The translations under genes were made by a program, and so were the position numbers. Below, one piece after another: positions 18,754 through 28,640 of a DNA stretch of 64,000 nucleotides (position 1 is the stretch's first letter; each line of letters opens with the position of its first letter). A model generated the notes under the pieces. That model made no database searches, was not told where the DNA came from, and worked only from the letters and a program-made list of their open reading frames with translations. The stretch comes from Minisyncoccota bacterium. GTDB lineage: Bacteria; Patescibacteriota; Minisyncoccia; Phycocordibacterales; CAJBRS01. The stretch spans positions 23,861 through 87,860 of the forward strand of contig DASRDX010000012.1 in assembly GCA_035652395.1 (NCBI GenBank), given 5' to 3'.

Positions 18754-19539
18754 TTAGCCTAATTTGAAGAGCTGATATGCGTTCTGAATTAGCTGTTTTT
18801 TGACCATTTCTGGGTCTTCTCCGCGAATCTCCGCCAGACTCTTGACCACCTCCTTGACATAAAGCGGCTCGTTGCGTTTGCCGCGATATGGCATCGGCGT
18901 CACAAACGGGCAATCGGTCTCCGACATAATCATATCAAGAGGCGCTTTCTTGATGACTTCATCATAATCGCGGGCAAAAGTAATAACTCCAGTAAAAGAA
19001 AGCCTGAAGCCTAAATCTAAAAACGATTTGGCAATTTCCCAGTCGCCGGCGAAAAAATGTAGGTCGGCGGCAACTTTCGCGTGCGACTTTAAAATCTCGT
19101 AAGCGTCTTTGTAAGCCTTTTCGCCTCGAATATGAAGCATTAACGGTTTCCCTACTTCATTGGCCAGCTCAATTTGTTTAATAAAAATTTCTTTTTGTCT
19201 TTCAATTGATTCCGGAGCGGAACGAAAATAATCCAGCCCGCACTCGCCGACCGCTACCACTTTTTCATTTTTCAAAAGTGTTCGGAATTCCGAATCGTGG
19301 AAATCTTCTTCGTTGTCCGTCGGATGCTGGCCGACAATGGCATAGACTCCACTTTCATATTGATTCGCCAATTCTGAAGCGGTCTTGGATGATTCAATAT
19401 CCGTTCCGACGTTTATTATCCAGACATTTTCATCCAAGGCACGTTTGATGGTTTCCTTGCGATCACTTTCATAATCCGGAAAATTTAAATGAGCGTGAAT
19501 GTCTATATATTCGGGCATATCGGTCAGTTTACCTGACAA
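18754..19539 (-). CDS. tatD: TatD family metal-dependent hydrolase/DNase
   Basis: IDIHAHLNF...VGECGLDYFR...LMLHIRGE...DLHFFAG...SETDCPFVTPMPYRG. Confidence 0.85.
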   Translation of the reverse strand: MSGKLTDMPEYIDIHAHLNFPDYESDRKETIKRALDENVWIINVGTDIESSKTASELANQYESGVYAIVGQHPTDNEEDFHDSEFRTLLKNEKVVAVGECGLDYFRSAPESIERQKEIFIKQIELANEVGKPLMLHIRGEKAYKDAYEILKSHAKVAADLHFFAGDWEIAKSFLDLGFRLSFTGVITFARDYDEVIKKAPLDMIMSETDCPFVTPMPYRGKRNEPLYVKEVVKSLAEIRGEDPEMVKKQLIQNAYQLFKLG

Positions 19540-19570
19540 ATTCTTTCTTGTCTGCTAAAGTCAGCATCAG

Positions 19571-20017
19571 ATGAATCGTGAACTTTTTGTAAGTACGGCC
19601 TTGAAATACGAAGGCTACCCTTGTTTATCAGCCGCAAAAAATCCAGGAAAAGGTTATGGTCCGGCAGGGTTTCATTGTTCTGGTTACATTATCTTCTTAT
19701 TGAGAGAACTGGGGTTCCCCCTCCTCCCAAGCATTTTGACTGCCAGGCAACTTTTCGATCTTGTGGGAATTTTAGTACATGAAGAATGTGCCGAGAGAGG
19801 AGATTTAATCTTCTTCAGTCGTCATGGAAGATGGCCAACTCATGTCGGAATTCTCTTAGATGAAACCAGTTACCTCAGCTCCCCTGGAATAACGGACTCA
19901 GTAGTCTGCATCAGAGAAATTCCTCATTGCAGATTCAATAAAAAGCCGGGCATAATTTACGCCCAAAGTCCCATCGGATATAAACGTCTGTTTGCAGTGA
20001 GCCCTTCAGCGAAATGA
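19571..20017 (+). CDS. NlpC/P60 (C40) family cysteine peptidase domain protein
   Basis: GFHCSGYIIFLL (Cys nucleophile context) and WPTHVGILL (His). Confidence 0.55.
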   Translation: MNRELFVSTALKYEGYPCLSAAKNPGKGYGPAGFHCSGYIIFLLRELGFPLLPSILTARQLFDLVGILVHEECAERGDLIFFSRHGRWPTHVGILLDETSYLSSPGITDSVVCIREIPHCRFNKKPGIIYAQSPIGYKRLFAVSPSAK

Positions 20018-20028
20018 AGGGTTTTTAT

Positions 20029-21459
20029 TTAATCCTTCCTTATAAAGAGAGGTTTTTCGGGAGATTTGTTTATTTTAATCAATTCAATAATTTTTTCGGC
20101 GGTTTCGGGGAGGGTAGGATGCAACATCTTTGCCGCTTGATATAAGCCGGTTAGGAGTAGTTTTATATCAGTCAGCGCTTTTTCCTTATCGGTTTTAATA
20201 AGCTTAAACGGCTCTTTCTTTTGAATAAATTCATCCAAAAATGATATTTCCGTCCAGATAACATTCATTGCCTTATTTAATTCAAAATTATTCAGATAGT
20301 TAAAATACTCTTTTGGAATGACGGCGTTAGAAGCATCTGCGTAAGGTTCTGATAAATAAGTCTCGGCCATTTTCATAATACGAGAGACGAGATTGCCGAG
20401 GCCATTGGCTAAATTGGCGTTATAAGCGGTTTTGAATTTCTCCAAGCTAAAATCACTGTCTTCAAAAGGATTTACTTCGCGCAAGTAATAATAACGAAGA
20501 GCGTCAACCCCGTATTCTTTTACCAGACTGACGGGGTTAATAACGTTGCCCAAGCTTTTGGAGATTTTCTGTCCTTCAATATTGATAAAACCGTGAATGA
20601 AGATCTGCTTGGACGACGGCAGACCGGCCGACATTAACATCGCCTGCCACATGGCCGCCTGCATACGGATTTGGTCTTTGCCGGCGATTTGGAGGCCGGG
20701 CCAAAAATCGGAAAAATCCCCTTCGATTTTTGGCCAGCCAAGGGTTGAGATGTAGTTAATTAGGGCGTCAAACCAGACATACATTACGTGTGCCGAATCG
20801 TCCGGCACTGGAATACCCCACGGCATTTTGGAAGCCAGTCGGGAAATACTGAAGTCTTCCAATCCCCTTTCCACAAAGCGTTTGATTTCGTTGAAGCGAA
20901 AATCCGGCACGACAAAAGCCGGATTTTCACGGTAAAGCTTTAAGAGCGGCTCTTGATACTTGGAAAAGCGAAAAAAATAATTTTCCTCTTCGATAATTTC
21001 GATTTTCAGATTCGGGTGAAGCAGGCAATGACCATTTTCATCCAGTTCTGAATCGGTTTTTTCCAATTCACAGCCAACGCAATATTTGATCTTGTAAAAC
21101 TTTTTATAGATGTCGCCCGCCTTATTGCAGCGGCGCCAAAACTCCTGCGCGGCGCTTTCGTGATGCGGATCTGTAGTCCGAATGAAATGAAGATCAGGGT
21201 ACAAATTTAGAAGCGGTTGAAGTTCTCTAAACTTGGCGGCATATCGATCAACATATTTTTGCGGATCTTCTTTATTCTCCCGCGCCTTATCATATATTTT
21301 CTGGCCGTGTTCATCGGTGCCGGTGGTGAAAAAAACTTTATCCCCAATCAAATCATGGTAACGAGCCAAAACGTCGGCCTGCACAAACTCCAAAGCCGTG
21401 CCGATATGAGGTTCCGCGTTCACGTATGGTAGCGTGGTGGTAATGTAGAAATTTTTCAT
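20029..21459 (-). CDS. metG: Methionyl-tRNA synthetase, core only (no C-terminal tRNA-binding domain)
   Basis: TTTLPYVNAEPHIGTALEFV (HIGH region), KISKSLGNVI (KMSKS); 476 aa. Confidence 0.9.
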   Translation of the reverse strand: MKNFYITTTLPYVNAEPHIGTALEFVQADVLARYHDLIGDKVFFTTGTDEHGQKIYDKARENKEDPQKYVDRYAAKFRELQPLLNLYPDLHFIRTTDPHHESAAQEFWRRCNKAGDIYKKFYKIKYCVGCELEKTDSELDENGHCLLHPNLKIEIIEEENYFFRFSKYQEPLLKLYRENPAFVVPDFRFNEIKRFVERGLEDFSISRLASKMPWGIPVPDDSAHVMYVWFDALINYISTLGWPKIEGDFSDFWPGLQIAGKDQIRMQAAMWQAMLMSAGLPSSKQIFIHGFINIEGQKISKSLGNVINPVSLVKEYGVDALRYYYLREVNPFEDSDFSLEKFKTAYNANLANGLGNLVSRIMKMAETYLSEPYADASNAVIPKEYFNYLNNFELNKAMNVIWTEISFLDEFIQKKEPFKLIKTDKEKALTDIKLLLTGLYQAAKMLHPTLPETAEKIIELIKINKSPEKPLFIRKD

Positions 21460-21473
21460 GAGAACTTACTCCG

Positions 21474-22553
21474 TTACTTAAGAGACTCCTCTTTCAATTT
21501 CGGATGTCTCTTGTGCTCAAGGTCATCCAAAAATTCCATTAGGGTCACGGAAATTGGAATAGAGAGAATAATGCCAAAAAATCCCGCGAGCTCCCCTCCG
21601 GCAATCAAGGCAATGATGACCAGAAGAGGCGGGATGCCAACAATTTTCCGCACTACTAACGGATAAATGAGATGAGCTTCAAACTGCTGGACAATGATAT
21701 AAAGGCCGACGATCAAGAAGGCTAGGGTCCAGCCGCCCTGCAAATATCCTAAAAGAAAGGCCGGGATGCCCGCCATGGTCATGCCCACCACCGGAATGAG
21801 CTCAAAGACACCGGCCAAAATAGCCAACGTCAGCGGATGTTGAATGCCGAAAATGTTCAAACCGAGGAAAATCAAAATGGCCACAATCAAACCGAGAAGA
21901 AGCTGCCCCTGCATCCAACGGCCAATTTTAGTGCGAGCGCGCCGCCAAAGATTGATGACATATTTCTCGTGTGAAGGTGGGGTGACGATCCCGAGGAAAT
22001 CGGCCACGCCGTCTTCTCTAACTGCCAGATAAAACGAGAGCACCACGATCAGAATGAAGCTGACCACTCCGCCGAAAATGCCGGAAATGGTGCTAAAGAA
22101 CCCTGAAGAAAGGCCGGCGAAAGAAGAAGTGATGGTGTTAATGATACTGTCAATGGAAATACTTTGCGGAAGACCGGGTAAGGCCGAAGTAAAGTTGGCG
22201 AAGGCGTCGTTGTGGAAAGGATTGATTAGATCAATAGTTTTGACATATTGCGGCAAGTTGGTAAGAAGGCTGGCGGTTTCTGAAAGTAAAGGCGGAATAA
22301 CAAAATAAAAAATGGAAATGAAAACTAAAATAATCAAAGCGTAAACTGTCAGAGTAGCCAAGGCTCGAGGAAATTTTCTTTTGACCAACCAGCTGGTACC
22401 GGGTTCGATAGCTGAGGCAATAGTGACGGCAACCAGAAGAATTAAAACTAATCCGCGTAAAAGAAAAAGAACCCAAGCCAGTACCAGAAAAAGGATGGTC
22501 TTAATGATAGTGCCGGAAGTAATATTGATAGTGATATTCGGAGTTTCTTTCAT
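21474..22553 (-). CDS. AI-2E family transporter (UPF0118/PerM-like)
   Basis: 359 aa, 8 TM, typical AI-2E topology and conserved C-terminal helices. Confidence 0.75.
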   Translation of the reverse strand: MKETPNITINITSGTIIKTILFLVLAWVLFLLRGLVLILLVAVTIASAIEPGTSWLVKRKFPRALATLTVYALIILVFISIFYFVIPPLLSETASLLTNLPQYVKTIDLINPFHNDAFANFTSALPGLPQSISIDSIINTITSSFAGLSSGFFSTISGIFGGVVSFILIVVLSFYLAVREDGVADFLGIVTPPSHEKYVINLWRRARTKIGRWMQGQLLLGLIVAILIFLGLNIFGIQHPLTLAILAGVFELIPVVGMTMAGIPAFLLGYLQGGWTLAFLIVGLYIIVQQFEAHLIYPLVVRKIVGIPPLLVIIALIAGGELAGFFGIILSIPISVTLMEFLDDLEHKRHPKLKEESLK

Positions 22554-22631
22554 AAATAAATCATATCAGGATTTAGCCTCTTGGGGAAAGGCGTTCTCGA
22601 TCGCTTTTGTCGGAATGAGGCCGGCGCCGTT

Positions 22632-23909
22632 TTAGCGGGCGCCGGTCACTTTTAACAAAGGCAGAAATTGTCTGGAATTTTTAACCGGGCCGGCCATTAC
22701 TAAATTCATGCCGCTGTTCTGAAAAATTTCCTGCGCTACTTTCTGAATATCTTTGGCCGTTACTTTTTTAACAATATTGGCCCAATTTTTCGGGGTGATG
22801 ATTTTTTCTTTGTAAATTTCCTGAAATCCAAAGTAATCGGCCAAATCATCTGACGATTCAAGACCGAGGAACATTCGCCCAATTCTGTAATCTTTGGCCT
22901 TTTTTAATTCAATCTCATCAAGTGGGTCAATTCTAATTTTTTTAATTTCTTCCAAGATTGCAGCTACCGCTTCCCTTTCCCGACCCTTGGCTACTCCGCA
23001 GGAGATAACGAAAGTGCCATGATCAATGGAAAAACGATTGCCGGCTGAAATGTAATAGCAGAGGCCTAAGTCCTCCCGCATTTTTTGAAAAAGACGCGAG
23101 CTCATTCCCCCACCCAAAACAGATCCGAGTATCAGGGCTTTTGACCATCTTTTATCAAATCGATTAAAGCTTCTAAAAGCCAGACGGATGTGAGTTTGAT
23201 CACCTTTTGTATGATGTACTTTCAGTTGAGGGCGGCGCTGAGAAACAGTAGTTTTCTTTTTTCCTTTTTTAAGACCCTTAGAAATGGCCGAAAAAGCCTC
23301 TTCTACCGTGGGCAGAATTTTATTATCAACTCGGCCGGCTATCACCAAAACGGTGGCTTTGGAGACATAGTGATCCTTTCGGTATGAAATCAAGTCCTGG
23401 CGACTGAATTTTCGAACATTTTCCCGAGTGCCGGCTATTTCAAAACCGGCCGGCTGATCCGGATAAAGTAATTCGTAGAGAAGCCGCTCCGTCTTGTGCT
23501 GTGGCATTTCCTCATACATATTAATTTCTTCAACTACTACTCCTTTCTCTTTCTCAATCTCTTTTTCGGGGAAAGTGGAATTTAAATAAACATCCGAAAC
23601 TATTTCCACTAATTTGGATAAATGACTCTGATGAGCTTTGGCGTAGTAGCCAGTGTATTCGCTGCCGGTAAAAGCGTTGCTCTCGGCCCCGATGCTATCA
23701 AGTTCATGAGAAATAATCTTAGCGGTCGGGCGCTTGAGAGTACCTTTGAAACACATATGCTCCAGAAAATGAGAAATACCATTATTCTTTTTATTTTCGT
23801 ATTCCGAGCCAGCCTCCACCAAAACCATCACTGTCACGTTTTCAGTGTCTTTCATCGGCACTGTAATCACTCGCATACCATTTTTGAGAACTTTTCGATG
23901 GAATTTCAT
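22632..23909 (-). CDS. M16 family zinc peptidase (insulinase-like)
   Basis: HFLEHMCFKGT (inverted HxxEH zinc motif) ...E... in a 425-aa two-domain protein. Confidence 0.85.
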   Translation of the reverse strand: MKFHRKVLKNGMRVITVPMKDTENVTVMVLVEAGSEYENKKNNGISHFLEHMCFKGTLKRPTAKIISHELDSIGAESNAFTGSEYTGYYAKAHQSHLSKLVEIVSDVYLNSTFPEKEIEKEKGVVVEEINMYEEMPQHKTERLLYELLYPDQPAGFEIAGTRENVRKFSRQDLISYRKDHYVSKATVLVIAGRVDNKILPTVEEAFSAISKGLKKGKKKTTVSQRRPQLKVHHTKGDQTHIRLAFRSFNRFDKRWSKALILGSVLGGGMSSRLFQKMREDLGLCYYISAGNRFSIDHGTFVISCGVAKGREREAVAAILEEIKKIRIDPLDEIELKKAKDYRIGRMFLGLESSDDLADYFGFQEIYKEKIITPKNWANIVKKVTAKDIQKVAQEIFQNSGMNLVMAGPVKNSRQFLPLLKVTGAR

Positions 23910-23952
23910 AGGAAATTAGAATACGGGAATAAAGAGAAAAAGTCTAGAAAGA

Positions 23953-23990
23953 AAAACCGCCCTTCTAATAATATAGATTTGGGCGGTTTT
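23953..23990 (-). terminator. Terminator hairpin downstream of CDS 24081..24632
   Basis: AAAAACCGCCC-N17-GGGCGGTTTT with a T-run on the minus strand. Confidence 0.5.
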
Positions 23991-24080
23991 CAAAATGTTT
24001 GAATCATGAAAACATGAAATCTTAAATAAGAATGTCTATTCAAAATATTTAGACAATCTTATGAGGTTGCAAAGAACTAA

Positions 24081-24632
24081 CTACTTTACCGCGACGATGC
24101 GCTGTTCGGGATAAGCTGCAACTTTCTCTTCCCGTGACATCAGCCGCATTGGTAATGGCTGGAATTCCAGCAGACTGCTTCGATAATGACCCAGATGAAT
24201 CACAACGTACAGAATGCATAGTTTTGGGATAACTAGCTTCCTGTCGAGGACATATTCTCTTCCGTTCCATCTCGAACCAATCATGATACAGGCAGTTCGG
24301 GTTTCTTCGTCGTGACCAAGATGCTGAAAGCGAACCTGATGACGAAGGAATCCGGCAAACAAGGCATAGCTCGTCAGAATTTGACTTTCCTTCTGATGAT
24401 CCAGAAACTTTATCCAGTGCCAAGGCTGATCATAAAAGCTGTTAGGCTTCTGAAACCTTGGATCGTAGTACAGACTTCGACCGCAATTGTAGAATGCGAT
24501 GATGTTGTCATACTTTCCTGAATGTTGGTCTGCCCAGTTTCTACGGACACGACAGTTTCGGATTAATGGACCAACCACTCCGTTAGGACACGGTCGGATT
24601 ACCTGGTCTGCTCTTTTTAGCGGACTTTTCAT
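24081..24632 (-). CDS. Hypothetical protein, unusually W/H/C/R-rich
   Basis: 183-aa ORF; contains GHDEE, several Cys and His, PWHW. Not assignable from sequence alone. Confidence 0.4.
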   Translation of the reverse strand: MKSPLKRADQVIRPCPNGVVGPLIRNCRVRRNWADQHSGKYDNIIAFYNCGRSLYYDPRFQKPNSFYDQPWHWIKFLDHQKESQILTSYALFAGFLRHQVRFQHLGHDEETRTACIMIGSRWNGREYVLDRKLVIPKLCILYVVIHLGHYRSSLLEFQPLPMRLMSREEKVAAYPEQRIVAVK

Positions 24633-24693
24633 TACCTCTCCTTTGTTGATGTTTTTGAAGTGGAGTTATTCCACCCCCCTATAGTGAATTATA

Positions 24694-26004
24694 TCACAAA
24701 TCTTTGAAAATAGCAAGTAGTCCATTAATCTCTAAGCGTCTCTGTTCCCCGCTATCGCGATCGCGTAAGGTGACGGTATCGTCTTCCAAAGTTTGAAAAT
24801 CGATAGTAATACAAAATGGTGTGCCGATTTCATCTTGGCGGCGGTAACGTTTGCCGATGTTGCCGTTGTCGTCGAAGGCAGCATCGGCAATTTCTTTCTT
24901 CAGCATTTGATAAACTTCCTGAGCTTTTTTTACCAACTCCGGCTTGTTTTTGAGAAGTGGAAAGACGGCTGCTTTAATCGGAGCGATAGCGGGTGAAAAG
25001 CGCAAAAAAGCGCGTTTTTCGCCGCCCAATTCATCTTCCGTGTAAGCATTCGTTAAGATAGCCAGCACTAGTCGATCTACTCCAAATGACGGCTCAATAC
25101 AGTGTGGAATAAATTTTTCTTTAGTTTCCTCATCTAAATAAGAGAAATCAGTCTTACTGGCTTCGGCATGAGCTTTTAAATCAAAATCAGTCCGGTAAGC
25201 AAGGCCGCATAATTCTTTGCGACCAAACGGATATTCAAATTCAAAATCGATAGTGCGTTTGGAATAATGAGCTCTTTCTTCTTCAGGAACCTCCAATTCA
25301 CTTACTCCACTTTTTAAACCAATTTTCGAAAGCCAGTCGATGATTTCATCTTTAAGATCTTCAAAAGATTTTTTCCACTCCCCTTCTTTCACAAAGTATT
25401 CGATTTCCATCTGTTCAAATTCTCGAGTCCGGAAAAGAAAATCACGGGGAGCAATCTCGTTTCGAAAAGCTCGACCGATTTGAGCCAGCCCAAATGGCAG
25501 CTTTGGATGATAAGCGTCAATAATATTCTTGAAATTAACGAACATTCCTTGAGCCGTTTCCGGTCTCAAATAGGAAACGGCCGTCGCCTCTTCCGAGGCG
25601 CCGACCTGCGTCTTAAACATCATGTTAAATTGCTTGGCTTCGCCAAGAGTTCCACCACATTCTGGACAGATTGAGGCGTTTTCGATTTGATCGGCCCGAA
25701 AACGCCTCTTGCATTTTCGACATTCAACCAACGGATCGGAGAACCCGCTGACATGACCGCTGGCTTCCCAGACTTTCTGATTCATAAGAATAGCGGTTTC
25801 AATGCCAAAAATATCTTCGCGATTCTCCACAAAAGTTTTCCACCAATCTTTTTTGATGTTGTTTTTGAGGGCCAGCCCGAGTGGACCGTAATCGTAAGTA
25901 CCGGCCAAGCCTCCATAAATTTCAGAGCCGGGGAAAACAAAACCACGTCGTTTAGAAAACGAGACGATTTTTTCCATCAGATTCTCGGAATTTTCCTTCT
26001 TCAT
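24694..26004 (-). CDS. glyQS: Glycyl-tRNA synthetase (dimeric class II type)
   Basis: ...RGFVFPGSEIYGGLAGTYDYGPLG... class II motifs, 436 aa. Confidence 0.9.
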   Translation of the reverse strand: MKKENSENLMEKIVSFSKRRGFVFPGSEIYGGLAGTYDYGPLGLALKNNIKKDWWKTFVENREDIFGIETAILMNQKVWEASGHVSGFSDPLVECRKCKRRFRADQIENASICPECGGTLGEAKQFNMMFKTQVGASEEATAVSYLRPETAQGMFVNFKNIIDAYHPKLPFGLAQIGRAFRNEIAPRDFLFRTREFEQMEIEYFVKEGEWKKSFEDLKDEIIDWLSKIGLKSGVSELEVPEEERAHYSKRTIDFEFEYPFGRKELCGLAYRTDFDLKAHAEASKTDFSYLDEETKEKFIPHCIEPSFGVDRLVLAILTNAYTEDELGGEKRAFLRFSPAIAPIKAAVFPLLKNKPELVKKAQEVYQMLKKEIADAAFDDNGNIGKRYRRQDEIGTPFCITIDFQTLEDDTVTLRDRDSGEQRRLEINGLLAIFKDL

Positions 26005-26026
26005 TATCTAAAGTATACAATGAATT

Positions 26027-26060
26027 AAAGGGGCGCGCTGCAGGCGCGCCCCTTTCTCTT
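26027..26060 (-). terminator. Terminator hairpin downstream of CDS 26071..28011
   Basis: GGGGCGCGCtgcaGGCGCGCCCC followed by TTTCTCTTTT. Confidence 0.55.
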
Positions 26061-26070
26061 TTTGCCCCAT

Positions 26071-28011
26071 TTATTTCACCACCTGATCATCTCCCGAATG
26101 AAAGGCCGGATCGGTGCTTAAGCGAGTAGTCAATTCTTTATTAGTATTTGTCAAAATCGTATTGGTAAAGTCATCGGTACCTTTAACCGTCGCTTCATTG
26201 ATTAAGTTGGGAGAGCTGCCAAACTGGCTGACGCTCGGCAAAAGCGAAATCTGGAAAGAAAGGCGTCGTGGCGAATTCACAAAACCGGTGCCGGCATCCA
26301 GATTTCCAACTTTCCAAGTAATTTGTTTGTTAACAGGATTAAATGTGACGTCTTCATTAGTAGGGCTAATCTTCCCGAGCCAGCTAACATAACTTGGCAA
26401 TGTAGCTGTGACTGTCACGTTATCCGCTCGATTAAAAGAATTAGTCAAAGCCCAGTTAATAGTATAGGTAGTCGGTACTTCGGCTTTTGGCGGAAGTGGG
26501 CCGCTGTTCTGGAACGGTCCAACTGAATAGACAGCTGAAGATGTCAGCAGTAAATTAGAAGCTACTTTCAGAGTGGTTGAGCCGCTAGTGTTAATGGATT
26601 GCGGAACATTTGATTCCGAAAGACGTTGGCCAGTGACACTCTCATTAAATGTAATAATTGGATTACGGAAGGAGCTCATGGTTTGATAATTAGTTGGAAC
26701 AGTTTGAAAAGTGAAGTAGACTCCTCCTTTAGCTCCCGGGCCAATATTGGCCAAATCCGGAGTGTTGGTCTGATCCCAAGTCAGAGTATTGTCGGCCGAT
26801 CGATAAAAACCTCCGCCCGCATCCACAGATGTTTTGTCCAGAATTGGTCCGTTTAATTTAACCGAGATGGACGCATTGGTAATGGAAGTATTCAGATTAT
26901 TTTTCCAATTAATGGCTCCGTGAACAAGTTGCCCGCTTTGAATAACGTGAATGGTGGCCGGATCGCCATCAAAAGTCAGTGGCGTTTGGAAAAATGGCTT
27001 GCTAATCGCTACCGTCTGAGAGGTGTTAATAAAAATGGTGCTGATGTTACTTTGACTCGAGCTTGAGGCAGTACCGGTGTAGAAATGGAAGACTCTTTGA
27101 TCGCCGTCTTCGCCGGTAATTCGTCCCGTAATAGTAATATCGCGACTTGCCCCTTTTGAAAGAGTGCCGAGATTCCAGACATTTTTCAGAAAGGTAGGAG
27201 TCGGAGTAGCATTCTCAAAGCTAAAACCAAATGGATAATCTACTTTCAAAATTAAGTTATTTAAATCTATACCGGAATTTGAAACAAGATGAGCATTAAG
27301 AGTCAGCTCTTCGTTTGAATTAATTTCTTTCAGAGAATCAATGGTTAAGGTGACGGGCGCAGAAGCGATTAAAATACTGTAATCACTTTCTTTGGAATAG
27401 ACAGCATTCGAACCGGCGATGCGGTAAGTTAGAGTCACTTTAATAGTTTGATGACTGTTTTCTTCACCGTAAAGAACAGATTTGGCCGTCTCCCTAAGAG
27501 ACTGGCCGGGATTAATAGTTTCAATTGAAAGTTGGTCGGATTTTAAGGGAGTATTAAAGTCGGCGGCACTTTTTGTTCCGTCTGGATAATCAAAGGTGAG
27601 GTCAGCCAATTGCAGCGGAATATTATTCTTGTTTGTAATTTCCACATCAATAGAAAGAGCTTGGCCGGCAGCCACAGAAACAGGCGCGATAATGGCCATA
27701 TTAATATTATTGGAAGAGACGACGTTCGAGCCACGGAAATAAACGTAGGCGGCCACGGCGATGGAAGCGACAAAGAAAATAACGGCAAAGATTAAAAGAC
27801 CGCGAAAGAAAAAACTGTATTGATTAGTGTCGGATTCGGCCCCGAGAAGAATCGGCTCTTGATCAATTGGCGGCTTTTCCCAATCTTTTTTCACCTCAAA
27901 CTCCCCTGGATGAAGCTTGCGGCGCTTAACTTCCGATGGAGGCGGATGGCTCTTTGAATAAAGGCTTTTGCGCAGTTCATTTATTTTATCCTGCTCTTCC
28001 GGCGTTGGCAT
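26071..28011 (-). CDS. Membrane-anchored large extracytoplasmic beta-rich protein, hypothetical
   Basis: 646 aa; cytoplasmic N-terminus, single TM (LLIFAVIFFVASIAVAAYVYF), then a long S/T/N-rich beta-strand domain. Confidence 0.5.
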   Translation of the reverse strand: MPTPEEQDKINELRKSLYSKSHPPPSEVKRRKLHPGEFEVKKDWEKPPIDQEPILLGAESDTNQYSFFFRGLLIFAVIFFVASIAVAAYVYFRGSNVVSSNNINMAIIAPVSVAAGQALSIDVEITNKNNIPLQLADLTFDYPDGTKSAADFNTPLKSDQLSIETINPGQSLRETAKSVLYGEENSHQTIKVTLTYRIAGSNAVYSKESDYSILIASAPVTLTIDSLKEINSNEELTLNAHLVSNSGIDLNNLILKVDYPFGFSFENATPTPTFLKNVWNLGTLSKGASRDITITGRITGEDGDQRVFHFYTGTASSSSQSNISTIFINTSQTVAISKPFFQTPLTFDGDPATIHVIQSGQLVHGAINWKNNLNTSITNASISVKLNGPILDKTSVDAGGGFYRSADNTLTWDQTNTPDLANIGPGAKGGVYFTFQTVPTNYQTMSSFRNPIITFNESVTGQRLSESNVPQSINTSGSTTLKVASNLLLTSSAVYSVGPFQNSGPLPPKAEVPTTYTINWALTNSFNRADNVTVTATLPSYVSWLGKISPTNEDVTFNPVNKQITWKVGNLDAGTGFVNSPRRLSFQISLLPSVSQFGSSPNLINEATVKGTDDFTNTILTNTNKELTTRLSTDPAFHSGDDQVVK

Positions 28012-28043
28012 GCGTAAATTATAACACGCTTGAAATTCAGCAA

Positions 28044-28640
28044 TTAAAGTTGAGATTCTCGCAGTGAAAGATTAATAGTGGAGATAGCCTCTTTACTGAC
28101 AATCCCCATTTGCTCAAGCAATTCCTGATGCCAGATTTCGGTCTGGAGGAATGGTTCGAAGGTAGAATTCTGGCCGAGATAACCGAGGGAATTCAAAATG
28201 CGGAGGACTAGAATAGCTTCGAAGTTGGAGAGCAGTTCGTTAGAGAGAAAGCGGCCACGCTCTTTGCCAGCAAAGAGCGTGGCCGCTCTCAAAATCTGAA
28301 AAAGTTCTTCATTTTTCTCTTCGCCGGCTAGTAATCGGCGAAGCAGACTAAAGACGCGAGCAAAAACATTAAACTGCTCGCGCCCCAACTCTTCATACAA
28401 ATTATTGAGTTTCGAAGCGCTGGTAATCCGCCAAACATCCTTCCCTCGCACCAGTGACAAATGACTTAACGAATAATCCTGCAAAGAATATCGCAATTTT
28501 GATTCAATCAGGCGCACGCCCTGCGCCGTGGCGTCAATCTTTCCAAGATCTCGAGTCAAAATATTGAAGTAGCGATTAGCTTCCCCGCTATTTGAACTCC
28601 CCAAAATAAATCCGTCTGTTTGATAGATGTGATGGGACAT
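28044..28640 (-). CDS. recO: DNA repair protein RecO
   Basis: N-terminal OB-fold pattern (YQTDGFILGSSNSGEANRYFNILTRDLGKIDATAQGVR); 198 aa (short). Confidence 0.65.
   Translation of the reverse strand: MSHHIYQTDGFILGSSNSGEANRYFNILTRDLGKIDATAQGVRLIESKLRYSLQDYSLSHLSLVRGKDVWRITSASKLNNLYEELGREQFNVFARVFSLLRRLLAGEEKNEELFQILRAATLFAGKERGRFLSNELLSNFEAILVLRILNSLGYLGQNSTFEPFLQTEIWHQELLEQMGIVSKEAISTINLSLRESQL

Noticed and set aside
24049-24423. Alternative 124-aa minus-strand frame overlapping CDS 24081..24632
   Set aside because: S-rich low-complexity translation; the longer frame has more protein-like composition. The overlap is noted in case of a frameshift, but there is no evidence for one.
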